Source: the human T2T-CHM13v2.0 reference genome, Homo sapiens. From it: DNA of 64,000 nucleotides. How positions within the stretch are numbered: position 1 is the first letter of the stretch; each line of letters opens with the position of its first letter. The DNA lies in NCBI RefSeq assembly GCF_009914755.1, contig NC_060933.1; one strand, given 5' to 3'. Shown piece by piece: positions 27,362 to 41,848 of the stretch. The notes below the pieces were generated by a model. The model had not been told where the DNA came from. It saw only the letters and a list, made by a program, of their open reading frames with translations, and did no database searches. Position numbers and translations under genes: made by a program.

Positions 27362-29599
27362 CACAGGCTACTCAAGTTTATGCAGTAAAAAGGCTTGACT
27401 ACTGCTGCTTCATAGCAAGTAGACAGAATGATCTGGCAGTGCCAGCAGATGCCACTTGTGCAGCCAGTTGGGTAATTATACCCCATGGATTCCATAGTAA
27501 TTACAGTGGGACTCACACTATACTTCTCATGCCGGAAATCATCACATTCCCTTAGTAATTACTCAGAAGCAAGCACCTATGGCAGTGGATGGCTTGCAAC
27601 TGATGGCTGACAAACTGTTAAGAAATAAAGAAATCAGCCTAATTTGCAGGCAGGATTGGGCAGCAGTCTACAGTCCCTTTTGGGTTTATCATGACCATTA
27701 GCAAGATATCTGGGAAAATTGTGAGGAATGTTCTAACAATAAGTTTGTAGTTTGTTTTCAAGGATAATAGCTTCAAAATAGTGCTTGATTTCCCTATTTA
27801 TTACCAAAACAACAACAAAAGCCAACTAAAGAATGATGTGATGACAACTGTTTGGGATATGGTCATTGTCTATCTTCATTTGTCTCCCAAAAGGGACCCA
27901 TTGGAGAAGCAAGTTAGCATAAAGTTCTCCAGGAGAAAGGCACTGCTCACTTACGTTGACTGCCCACTAAGCGTAGAAATAACAGAGACTTTATTCCACT
28001 GGAGCCTCACAATACAGAGATGTCAGTTTTCCAGAAGGAAAATCTCAGGTTTTAGGGAAGTAAAACTTCTCTGAGGTTGCAAGTGGGAGTTAAAGAGAGC
28101 TGGAATTTGAACCTGAGTCACTCCAATCACAAAATTCTGTCTTCTTTTTAGCCCATAGCAGCAAGTGTTGCTCCAAGTTCTCCAGTACATTTATTTCAGA
28201 GCTAAGAATAAGAGCAGGTCTATGAGCAATGTCAGCATTAAGTGGGAGGAGGAAGGACTTTGTATTGAGCAAAGAGCACTAGATTTGAGATCTAAATCCT
28301 GGACTCTTATCTCGTCTTTAGCTTTGAGGCTTTTGCATAAAGCCTTTCATTTCTATGAGCCTCGGTTCCTTCATTTGTGAAATAGTGGTTGTAACAATTA
28401 AATTAGGTGATAAATGAAAAGTAACTAGCATAGGGCTTAGTCCATAGTCCAATAAATACGAATGTTGTTAGGGATTCTTTGAGCTTAGGATAGGGCAGAG
28501 TGGACACTTTGGCTCTAGTTAATTATTAACCCCTGGTTCACAACAGGTACCTGTAGACCACTTGCTTCTCAAAGATCCATTTGAGGTACCTGCAGTGCAG
28601 GAGCCTCCTTATACCCTTCTTAAAGGTTTCAGCCTCGGAGATGAATGTAGCAGTTCTTAAGACCTTCCAACCCATGTCCTCCTAAGGGTAAGGGAACCTT
28701 GCTAAATTAAATATCATCTTCAGAAACCTTCTAGAGCTGGGATGCATCAGCTGTTTACTCCCCTCTCTTTCTCAAGCCAAGCTCATCTGGTCTTCATTGC
28801 GATTATCTATGTGTCTGTCTCCCTTTATAACATCAATTTCCTGAAAGCAGTAATCTGCTTCGATACCGTATTCTTAGGACCTAGTACAGGGCCTAGAAAA
28901 GAGAAGACACACAATCATGCTTAAAAATAAATCAGTAAACAGACAAGCACATGCATGACCTCTGGAGTCTCTGCTGATTTTTAGCTTAGAGTGGTCAGTG
29001 CTCAGTACTCACTGTCCAGGCAAGTGTTTGATGTCAGAGGGTGACAGGGAAGTTTGACTGTCCCAACCATAGCCACTTTGTGTTGGGCAATCAGGAACTT
29101 TTCCGGTAGAGCTGATCCTCTCTCATGACACGTGTTAATTTTTGTATTGGCATTAAGTACATATAAGGAACATTTCACGTGAAAGACTCAAAACACTCCG
29201 ATTTCTGGGCTCATCCCTATATTATTCTCATGTATCATTAGCACTTCTTTTTTCTTTCTTTTCATAAAAACAGATTGCATTGTGTTTCCCAGCTTGGGCT
29301 CCTAGAGACCAAAAGCAGTGACAGAGGATGTCTCCACCCATTTACCTGATGTCACTGCAGAAGACAAATGCCCCACTGGTTGGAGTTGCTAGTGGGGACA
29401 GTGGAACAAAGAGTCCAATATGAGAGAGATATCCCCTCCTTCCTCCTCTTTCCTCTCTTCCTCCATGAGGGAACACCGTGGTTTTGAGTGCTAGCTGTCA
29501 CTCTCTGGTTGTTGGCTTTGCACATAGAAGTTGGATCTTCTGAAGCTTTAAAATGGGAATAATAATGGTCATTCTTATGGGGTTGAGGAGAGGGTTTAT

Positions 29600-30290
29600 T
29601 CGTCAATTTAGCAAGTGTTTATTGACTGTGTGCTATGGGCCAGACACTTCTGTCAGTGATGGAAATATGTCAGTGAATAGATTCAGAGGTGACACATGAT
29701 CCTGGAGAAAATTATGGCAGTCGGGGATACCCAGTGCTAAGTGGGGGTAAGTGGGGTTAAATTTAGTGGTCAGGGGGGACCTTGCTGAGAAGATGACATT
29801 GGAGCAAAGACTTGAAGTTGGTAAGGAGGTGAGCCACTTGGATACCTGGGGGACAGCTTCTAGCCAGAGGGACTAGCCAGCACAAAGCCTCGGGGCTGGA
29901 GCAGGCCTGGCGTGTTTGTGGAACTGCAGGGAGGTTTATAACTGCATATGAATGTGTAATTATATATTACAAAATTTAATTAAAAATTTAAAAATGTGCC
30001 ATTTAGGACACCCAAGTTCATGCAATGAAAGGGTCACAGTCAGGAGTAAGAGGAACAGCAGTAGGACCTGCGGTCAAGGAGGTGGGGGCAGCATATGTAG
30101 AACCCGTAGGACGCTATAAAGTCGTGTACATTCTCAATAAAATTGAAAGCCACTCGAGCATTTTGAGCAGAGGAGGAAACTGATAGGACTTAAATGTGAA
30201 GAAGCTCCTGTAGTTGTTGCATTGCAGGAGGCTGTAGGAAGACAAGTAAAGAAGAAGCAAGCAGGTCACTTAGCCAGTTAGTTGGAAATG
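29600..30290 (-). mobile_element. L2 LINE 3' region
   Basis: gaagatgacattggagcaaagacttgaag motif. Confidence 0.75.
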
Positions 30291-30346
30291 ATCTACAGCA
30301 AGTGCCGTAGATCACTGGCTAAGGGGCCCCCTTGCTTTTTCTTCAC

Positions 30347-30436
30347 TTGGTATGCATGGCCCAGATGATAGACATGCTCAACCACCATTTCACCTTGACC
30401 ATGTACACTTGATGTGCCATTTAGATAAATAGTCTT
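30347..30436 (-). pseudogene. CATSPERG-like exon remnant 7 (90 nt, frame intact)
   Basis: AG|KTIYLNGTSSVHGQGEMVVEHVYHLGHAYQ|GT ~ [26 protein letters not shown]; phase 0/0. Confidence 0.62.
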
Positions 30437-31140
30437 CTTTGCAAACAGGGACAAGTAGTAAAATCAATCCGTGATTTCCATAGTTTGATGAGTCTATACT
30501 CAATCAACTCTTGGCTCCGAATGTTCCTCTATGATCTTGGGAAAACTCTTTTGCATCCCACTAAAGTACAGTCCCCCCAGCGTAAGCTGAATACTAATAA
30601 TCTCTTCCATATAGGGTTATCAGTAGCACTTATTACAATAATACCTGTAAAGTATCTCACACATAGGAGGACTCCAAAATGCTAGTTCTAGTCACCATCC
30701 CTCATTTATAGTCTGTGTTTCTGTAACTCATGTTTCTTTTCAGCATTTTCTGATTCATGATTCTGAAATTAAAAAGTCTTTTATGGTTACTAAACATTCA
30801 TGTTTAATTAAATAGCCTTTTTAATTTTAAAAGGACAAATGTTGGAGGCATGTATTAACAGCTCTTGGCCAAATGCCTGAGGGAAGTTTGTTTGTTTAGT
30901 TTATAAGGCTGACCCAGCACCTAACTGAGTGCTGGGCATATGTTAGATGCTCAACAAGTGTTTGGTGAATGAGTATGTGTGAGGCTGTGATTAAGGATCC
31001 ACTACCCGGGTAACTAATGACATCTTGCCTTAGTGATAGCCAAAGAGGAAATTAAGGGTTAATTTTACTAATGATATGTCTTAAGATTTTATATAACTAA
31101 AACTTTTCAGTGGGCTAACTAGATTGATTCATGCACCATT

Positions 31141-31465
<325 letters not shown>

Positions 31466-31468
31466 TAA

Positions 31469-31784
<316 letters not shown>

Positions 31785-32599
31785 AAAAATTGATATTTTA
31801 AAAGGTGTTTCTATATTACACAATTTTACACTGTTAACACAAGACCACTAGATTTGTAGTCCAAAGCTCTGGGCCACAATTTAGTCTTCTCTCTTAGTGT
31901 CTGTTGTGTGGCCTTAGACATAAACTCTAAAAAGTTAAAATTAAAATATAAATGGCCTTATGTGCCAGTGAAGCTGAGAATATGTCAGATGTGAATGGAC
32001 TCTGAAGGTGCTTTATGAATTTCCAAACCATCTTGGGCAGTTCTGGGTGAAGGGGAATCACCAGAGCATAGATCATTCTTTACTGTTCAAACTGAAAAAC
32101 GTGTAACTTTGGGAAAAATATGTATTTATTATAAATCATCCATTTCATTGGGTGGTTTCAAATTTAGAAACCAATATATGCTTGTCATAAGAAGACCAAT
32201 GAATGCAAATGTATATAACCCCAAAGCTCTCTTTTCCTACCCTATTCTGTCTCTGGTCTCCCAGCTAGTGAAGTCAACAGATTAGTGTGGATCCTTCCAT
32301 CACTTTCTCCTATCTCATTCATGCATAATCAAATAAAAGGAACATACATAAGGTTCAATCTTTTCTGAATACAATCCTAGTATGCATGTTACTCTGTATA
32401 CTATGTACTTAAATATATACACATACATACAGATAAGAGGTTTATTAAGTTCATAATCTAATGTGGGATCATATTTTATGTACTTATCTGAATCTGGCTT
32501 TTCTCACTCAACATTACTTTAGAAAATTCTTTCTTAAGTCAGTATGGATAGTTGGAATTTATGCTTTTTGATGACTAATTGCAAGGCAACATCTTAATT

Positions 32600-32871
32600 T
32601 TTCTTTTTTTCTTTTTTTTAACCTGAAGATATTTTCTAATTTTTATTTTTATTTTTTGAGACGGGATGTCACTCTGTCACCCAGGCTGGATTGCAGTGGT
32701 GCGATTACCCCAGGCTCAGGTGACCCTCTCACCTCAGTTTTTGTATTTTTTGGTAGAGACAGAGTTTTGTCATGTTGCCCAGGCTGGTCTCTAACTCCTG
32801 GGCTCAAGTGATCCACTAGCCTCGGCCTCCCAGAGTGCTAGGATTACAGGTGTGAGCCACCATGCCTGGTC
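32600..32871 (-). mobile_element. Internally deleted AluJ with composite tail, next to a MIR
   Basis: TSD ACATCTTAATTTTT / ACATCTTCATTTTT. Confidence 0.88.
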
Positions 32872-33260
32872 ACATCTTCATTTTTCTAAGCCATTTCTTC
32901 TTCTAAAAAGATGGGTTACAAACAGAACCTGTTTCATAACGCTGCTGTAAGGATTAAATAAGAAAATTATCTTAAACAGAATTCCTGGCACATCCTAAGT
33001 GCTCAATAAATATTAGATACTATAATTATCTTTCATAAAATGCTTTACTAGTGTGGACAATCTTTTACAGATTTAAACATGAAAAGACCTTGACATTTTT
33101 GCTCTCTTAAACTTTTCATACCAATTACATCTTCCTCCCCTCTTATGCTCCCCTTTCCTTCAGATAAACTCCATAGAAGTCTTTCTCTGGGACTATTTTA
33201 ATCACCCTCTTTTCCTGTCATCTTGGCTTCTCCCTGGAACATGACAGATATTCAATTTGA

Positions 33261-33431
33261 GCTGGGCATGGTGCCATGTGCCTGTAGTCCCAGCTACTCA
33301 GGAGGCTGAGGTGGAAGAATCACTTGAGTCCAGGAGTTTGAGGCTGTAATGAGCTACAATTGCGTCTATGAAGCTACTTCACTCTGGCCAGAGCAACACA
33401 GTGAGACCCTGTCTCAAAAAAAAAAAAAAAA
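33261..33431 (+). mobile_element. FAM/FRAM-type Alu monomer
   Basis: Single monomer with a FAM-like gcgtctatgaagctacttcactc segment and A tail. Confidence 0.75.
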
Positions 33432-34946
33432 TCTTCAGCTTTAATCTTTTTATTTGTACTTGTTTAGTGAAGTTGCTGTGGGCAAGGAAGCTTCTTGGGC
33501 AGGATAGAAGCCAGGGGACAGTAAACCTTCCTAGGCAGAAGAAATACCTAAGAGTCTGTGGTCCAAAGAGGCATGCTACTTTTGGAGAAACACCCAGTTC
33601 AGGGTGGAGAAGGATAGATGAGCATGCTCCAGTGTGATGCTTCATTGAGTGCACAGTCAAAAGAGCCCTTGGAGCAGGCAATTACAACATTACTTGGGAG
33701 GCCCCTAATCCCCAACATGTGGCAAGCGGAACCCCAGCCACCCCTTGGTCTACCTGGAACAAGACAAAAGCTCACTTCTGCTCTCTTGCTGCAGTGAGAG
33801 TCTGGCATGAGCAAGTGAATTGGAAAGATCTACCTGGCAAGTTAGAGTCCAGTGGCAGTAGGGAAGCAGTGTGCTTGATAGAGAAACTGAGATAGAAACC
33901 CAATCATATGGTTTGCACTAACACACAAGGGATGTGGGAAAGACTGATGGGTGATGGGTGATGGGCATGGGGGTGTGTGGCTTTCCCCAGGGCTCTGTGA
34001 GGCTGGATCTGAGGTAGCATGCTCTCCATGTCCTGGGCTGTACTTAGAGACAGAGGGCATGGGTAACTAGCTGGGTGCATCTGGAGAAGAGAGGAAACAG
34101 TGTCATTGTCTTAACCAAACATTCCACATGGCTGCCTGTCACCAGGCTGTATCTGGAAGACAGGTAAACACACAATACCCAGTGTGTCACTTGTTGTAAT
34201 AGACAAATACGCAAGGGATCATGGAAGCACAGTGCAGAATTTACACTAGGGCCCTAGACAGATGTCTGTGGATTGACTATTGAATGAAGCCTCTGTGCTT
34301 TTGATACAAACAGGAGAGCCTCTGCCTTTCTCTGGAGGAGTCAGGAAGTCTTCCAGAATAGTTGGAATTGAGTGAGTCAGAGTGTGAAGAAGAAGGAAAA
34401 AGCATTTTACGCACAGGGAGCTGTGGCCATAGGTAGAGAGATAAGAGTATGTGTACCTGACAAAGGCCAAAATGTTGATGTGGTTGAAGGAGAAGACAAA
34501 TGAGACTGAGAGGAAGCAGGAAATAGAGCAAGAGAAGCAGACATGAAAGGACTTCATTGACATGCTAAGGAGTGTGAATCTTAAAGGAAATAGAGTCAAG
34601 AGAAGACAGCAAGAAGGTCAAGGACATGGTCAAATACAGCAAGACGTATTTCTGAGAAGTTGTGTGTAAGTCAGATAGAAACATGGGAAGTTACCCCATG
34701 ACATTGTGGTATAGTGTTTTGACCTTTATGGCTACTTAGATAACTTTGGCTCCTAAAACTTTAGTCTTCCATATCCTGGTCCTTGCACCATCAAATACTA
34801 CCCAAATATCAAGGTCATCATGATTATTACATATTCTTACTTAAATATTCTTAAATATCAAATATTCTTATGATTATTCATAAGAAGATCTGCTAATGAG
34901 GCCATCAGAAACTAAGAAAGGACTGTGCATCAAAAAGGCACAAAAC

Positions 34947-35252
<306 letters not shown>

Positions 35253-36831
35253 GGCACAGTACTTGGAATCAGGAGAGTTGTATCACTGTTCATGGGGATC
35301 CCTGAAGGATCTAGCATGGGAGACATTGATTGGTTATTTACAGTCTATGGTAAAGGAGTTCCCTGAGGGTCAGATTTGACAAGGGAGAAGGAGAGTGCTA
35401 AGAATACAGGGGATTAGAGTTATCATCCTGCTCTAAATAACCCATGAGTAACATGGGACTTGGACCCCAGGTGTTAAGAGACAAAGTCTTGAAAGTTTGC
35501 TAAATCCTAAAAGCTCCTGGAAAATGTGTGAAGAGTTCCCCTAGTTTCTGAACAGAGTAGTATCTGGAATGCCATGACAGCATGAGTCGATCAGAAGATG
35601 TCTAGCATCAGACTGGAGCTAGTCCATCACATGATGTTATAGGCTACTAATTAAAGCTCACTTCTGCACATCAGTGGCTACTTAATGGAGAAGTTGCTGT
35701 TAGTTTTTCTTTTATATGCTAATCTCTTGGAGCTTTCAACTTCGCTTTATTCTTTGTTTGATTATTTGTAGCTAATTTTAGAAGTAGTACATGCTCACTA
35801 TTGTGAAAGAACAAAAGAAAATGGAAAGTAATAAAAGCAGAAAGAAATAAAAAAGAGTTGTTCATACTTTCACACACCAGAGACAATCATAGTGACATTT
35901 TGGAGTGTTTTACTTCCTGCATTTTTTCTGTGTGATTTTTATACAATTGAGCTTATAGAACTCTTACAAGAAACAAGAGGGCACCTATAAAGAAAAAGCT
36001 CAATGTAGGAATAAAATAAATCAATAACATATCTTTTAAAAATTATGAAAACATGAAAATCAGGAAAACAGTTGAGTCTGATAAAAATCAACAGAAAAAA
36101 TACAATAAGATTGTTTTTTTTCTCTTGGCAGAAACCAAGATTTGTTTAACATTCATTATCTCAGTGGTGGAAATAATCATCCGAAGTAGACTTTGGTGCT
36201 GTCATTTTCCAGGTGAGACTCAGTGACATTAAGTGACCTATGTAGATCAAATAGCTGGGAGCCCTGGAATTCAAAGCCAGGTTTGGTGGGCTCTGAAGCC
36301 TCTTCTCATGCTCTACTTGGCTGCATTTTTAATTCTAGAGTTAAAAAAAAAATCATCTTAGAGGGGCTGTTAAAACTATCAAGTTCTACTAAGTTTTATT
36401 TTGAAGTTCTCTAATATATTCTACTACTAGATGTTTGTGTATCTATGGTTGCCTTTCTCCTGAGACATCCTCCTGATTCCAAGTGCAGTGATACGAACTA
36501 AAATTTTCAGAGTCTTTTATGGTTAATTCACACAGTGCGTTCTAGGTTTCATCAGTGGGATGTGTCCACACAGGACAAAAACTGAAAGTGAGAATTTTGA
36601 GAAAATCAGATAGTCTCAGACACCCCATGTGCTTACATAAGTGGTGGCAGAGATGTGAGGTTTTCTTGGGTACCGGTGGTTGCCCAGCTGAGTGTCTTTG
36701 AGGCAGAGCCGGCATCAGGGATGTGATCGTGGAGGTTGCATTAAAGCTAAATTCTTAGCATTTTCTGTTTGATACTGGTAGCAGTGACAGTCATGACCCC
36801 CTTTTCAACAGCCTTTCATTGTGTGTTTTCC

Positions 36832-37216
36832 TTTTTTTTAAAAAAAGAACTTTATTGATATGCATTTGCATTCCATACAATAAATCCACTTCAAGGATAC
36901 AATCTAATTTTTTGTAGTCTATTGACAGAGTTGCATATTCATCATTACAGTGGATTTTAGAATATTTTTATTACTTCCCAGAGAAATCTCATACTGTAGC
37001 TGCCAACTCCCAGCTTTCTATCCACTCTCCTCTCCAGCTCTAGGTAACTATGAATCATCTTTCTGCCTATTTGCCTATTTTGGACATCTCATATAAATAA
37101 GATCATACAGTATGCGGTCCTTCATGACTGGCTTCTTTCATTTAGGATGATATTTTCAAGGTTCACCAATGTTGTAGCATGGATCATACTTCATTTTTTT
37201 CTATTGCTGAGTAACA
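36832..37216 (-). mobile_element. L1MB-type 3' end
   Basis: tttgcctattttggacatctcatataaat...caaggttcaccaatgttgtagcatg. Confidence 0.82.
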
Positions 37217-37229
37217 ACAGAAAGAAAAT

Positions 37230-37377
37230 TTTTGTTTTGTGGGCACAGCCTTGAATCTGTTTTCTAGCCTTCTTAAGGATTCTCTGATATCCTTTTACTT
37301 AACTTTTGGTAACCCCATTTTCTGCTTAGATTAGCCAGAATGAATTGTGTTTGCAGCTAAGAACCCTAACTGACACA
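37230..37377 (+). mobile_element. ERVL-type LTR 3' end (LTR67B-like)
   Basis: tctgcttagattagccagaa...gctaagaaccctaactgacaca. Confidence 0.55.
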
Positions 37378-37543
37378 TACGGATATATGAAGACTGTGAT
37401 GTTAAAAAGTCACTTAAACCAAGCCAACCATAAACTAGAAAGAATGAATTGTGTTTGCAGCTAAGAACCCTAACTGACACATACGGATATATGAAGACTC
37501 TGATGTTAAAAAGTCACTTAAACCAAGTCAACCATAAACTAGA
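37337..37543. repeat. 104-bp tandem duplication (2 copies)
   Basis: 37337-37439 vs 37441-37543, two mismatches. Confidence 0.97.
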
Positions 37544-37592
37544 TAGTCTCTAAAGAGCCGTTCAAATTCTGATATTCTCTGAGTTCATTAAC

Positions 37593-38981
<1,389 letters not shown>

Positions 38982-39823
38982 CTGCTCAAGCCTTCCAAGA
39001 TCCCCAGGTAGAATATAGTCCTAATACCTTCCCCAAATAGTGGGATTTGAGCTGCTTTTTAAAATCTTTATCTCAAGACAACTCTGCTCATGGTAATTGG
39101 CTGGTTTCTCTAGCAAGCTCAGTCCAGTGTAGTCTCCAGGACTTAGTTCCTGAATCTGGAAAGCCATCCCCAGCTGTGCCCTCCTTCCAACTCTTGATCT
39201 AAGGTAAGGGTCTTGAGCTTCACTCCCAGAACACAAAATCCCACAGACTATTGTGCCAAATGTCTGATGAGTTTTAATTTTAAAAATGTTTAAATATGTT
39301 TATTAAGAATTTCAATATTCAAATGTCTTTAACATGCATATTACATTTATATTCTCATCCTGTAAGTTGGTGATACGGTAGGTATCATTAACCCCCTTTC
39401 CCAAGGGAAAGCTGAATTTCACGGAAGTTGAAGGACTTACTCAACGTCTCATAGCTATAGAAAAGCCAAGCTAGACCTTGTCTCCAGATTTGACTGGCTC
39501 CAGAGCTCATGCTTTTCTCACCATCCACTGCTCCTCTGGTAGAATGATGAGAAAAAAAATGACAAGTTAACTTAGTCCATCCCCTGGAACCTGTCTCCCA
39601 CCCTGCAGTCATTACCATTTGGAACTCCTTTCTCCTCAAATCCATGGTTCTCAAGTGGGGATAAGATATTCACACCTACTCACTTCGCAAGGCTGCTTGC
39701 AGGATTAAAGAGCTAATGTTTGCAAAATACTTTGAGCTTCAAGAAAACAGAGGCTCCAAAGAGCTACAAAGGGTTATTAAAATAGTAGACTTTAAATCCC
39801 CTTAACAAGCTCCCTCCCCTTGG

Positions 39824-39944
39824 AGCTAATCTGGTGTGGATCTTCCTCTTCCATCCTAAATCCCCTGTGAGTCGCTCACCTCTGTATCTTGAGCAACTCT
39901 CCAGGGATTTAGGATGGAAGAGGAAGATCCACACCAGATTAGCT
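39824..39944. repeat. Perfect 41-bp inverted repeat with partly paired 39-bp spacer
   Basis: 39824-39864 is the exact reverse complement of 39904-39944. Confidence 0.97.
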
Positions 39945-40495
39945 TTCTTGTCTTCCACTTCTAGGACTTTCAAATACTAGCCATGGTATTTTAACATAGC
40001 CTGTGGAATCCTTATAATGTTTAGAATCCTAGCTTAATGAGGGCCCTTAAAGAGCATCTAATCGAATTCTTAATTGCAGAGGTGAAGACACAGACCCAGG
40101 AGAAGCAGGGACATGGCCAGAGAACAGTGGCAAGGTGGCCATGAGCCTCAAGTTACACATCATCCCTGCATTTAGGAGCGAGGCTGGAGAGACTCACACA
40201 ACCTGTCCCTTACTCCTTCCGAGGTCAGCTTCATTGGCATGTGAGCTGGAACTGGGCCTAGGATGGAAGGGCCCCTAAATACATCCAGCCAGTCCCAATC
40301 CAGGGCCAGATCCCTACACTAGGGAAGCAGCTTAGTACACCGAAAGAGTATAGAATGGGGTGCACATCCTTGGGTTCCACCCCCAGCTCCATCCCTTTGT
40401 AACTGTATGATCTTGGACTGGATTTGACCTATGGGGTCTCATTGGCTGACTTCTATTCTAAAGCACAAATCTGAGCCTGTTGCATTCATGCTTAA

Positions 40496-40850
<355 letters not shown>

Positions 40851-41510
40851 CTGCTTCTTTTCTTGACATGGGCATTTCTGCCAATCCCGAGGAGTTCTCT
40901 GCTCATTCTGTTTCCTCTGTCCCTGCCTCTTGCCATGTCATGTCCGGTTCATTTTATCCCCAGAACACTGTTCTTTCCCATCTTATTGGCTTGGAGTATT
41001 CTCTTACTCAACCTGAAGTCTGAAAGTTTCCTTCTCCCTTCACCCTTCATCTTCACCTTTAACATCTACAAGTGAATGTCATAAATATGTGTTGTGTGCC
41101 CACCAGTGTCAGGGCCCAGGTCAGGACCCAGGGAAGCAGGAGGACATGGCTGCCTTCCTGGAGCAGACACGTAATTAGAGACCTGCAAGGATGTGATGAT
41201 GGAGGAGAGAATAGGCTACTGGGAGGACAGAGGAGGGCTGGGCAGAGGGTGGATGTCAAGGAAAGCTTCCTGAAAGAGGCTGATGCTAAGCTGGAGTTAG
41301 AAAGGCACTTAGGAATTAGCCAGGAGGAGGGTAAGAATGAGCGATGGAGTATTTCAGGCAAAGTAGCCAACGTATGTGGATGAAAGGATTCTCAGAAGGG
41401 TTCGTGTTCACATGTCTCTGCCACTGCACTGTGTCCTCCACTAGGCTGTAAGAGTCTTCAGAATAACAATGCTTCCTTGTCCGTTCATGGAGAGATAGCA
41501 TAGCTTAGGC

Positions 41511-41848
41511 CAGGGATGGACAAACCATGGTCTATGGAACAGATCCAGCCTGATGACTACTTTTGCATGGTCTATGAGGTAGGAGTGGTTTTATATTTTT
41601 AAATGGTTGGGAAAAAAATCAACAGAAGAATAATATTTTAAGAAACAAAAATGTCATGCAATTAAATTGCAGTGTGCATAAATATCATTTTATTAGAAGC
41701 CAGCTGTGCCATTCATTTATGTATTATCAATGGCTCTGCTTTTGAGCTATAGCAGCAGACTTGAGTCATTGTGACAGAGAAAATCAGGGCCATGAAACTC
41801 AAAATATTTATTATCTGGCTTTCAACAGAAAAAGTTCATCAACCCCTA
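41511..41848 (+). mobile_element. MER58B (hAT-Charlie) inserted into a MIR
   Basis: CAGGG...CCCCTA terminal repeats; perfect 8-bp TSD GCTTAGGC. Confidence 0.9.

Noticed and set aside
30440-30510. EYRLIKLWKS resembling SYRVYQLFPS
   Set aside because: It lies upstream of a good acceptor and abuts a MIR; weak evidence.
37337-37543. Direct repeats as a CRISPR-like array
   Set aside because: Only two contiguous copies with no spacers, in eukaryotic DNA.
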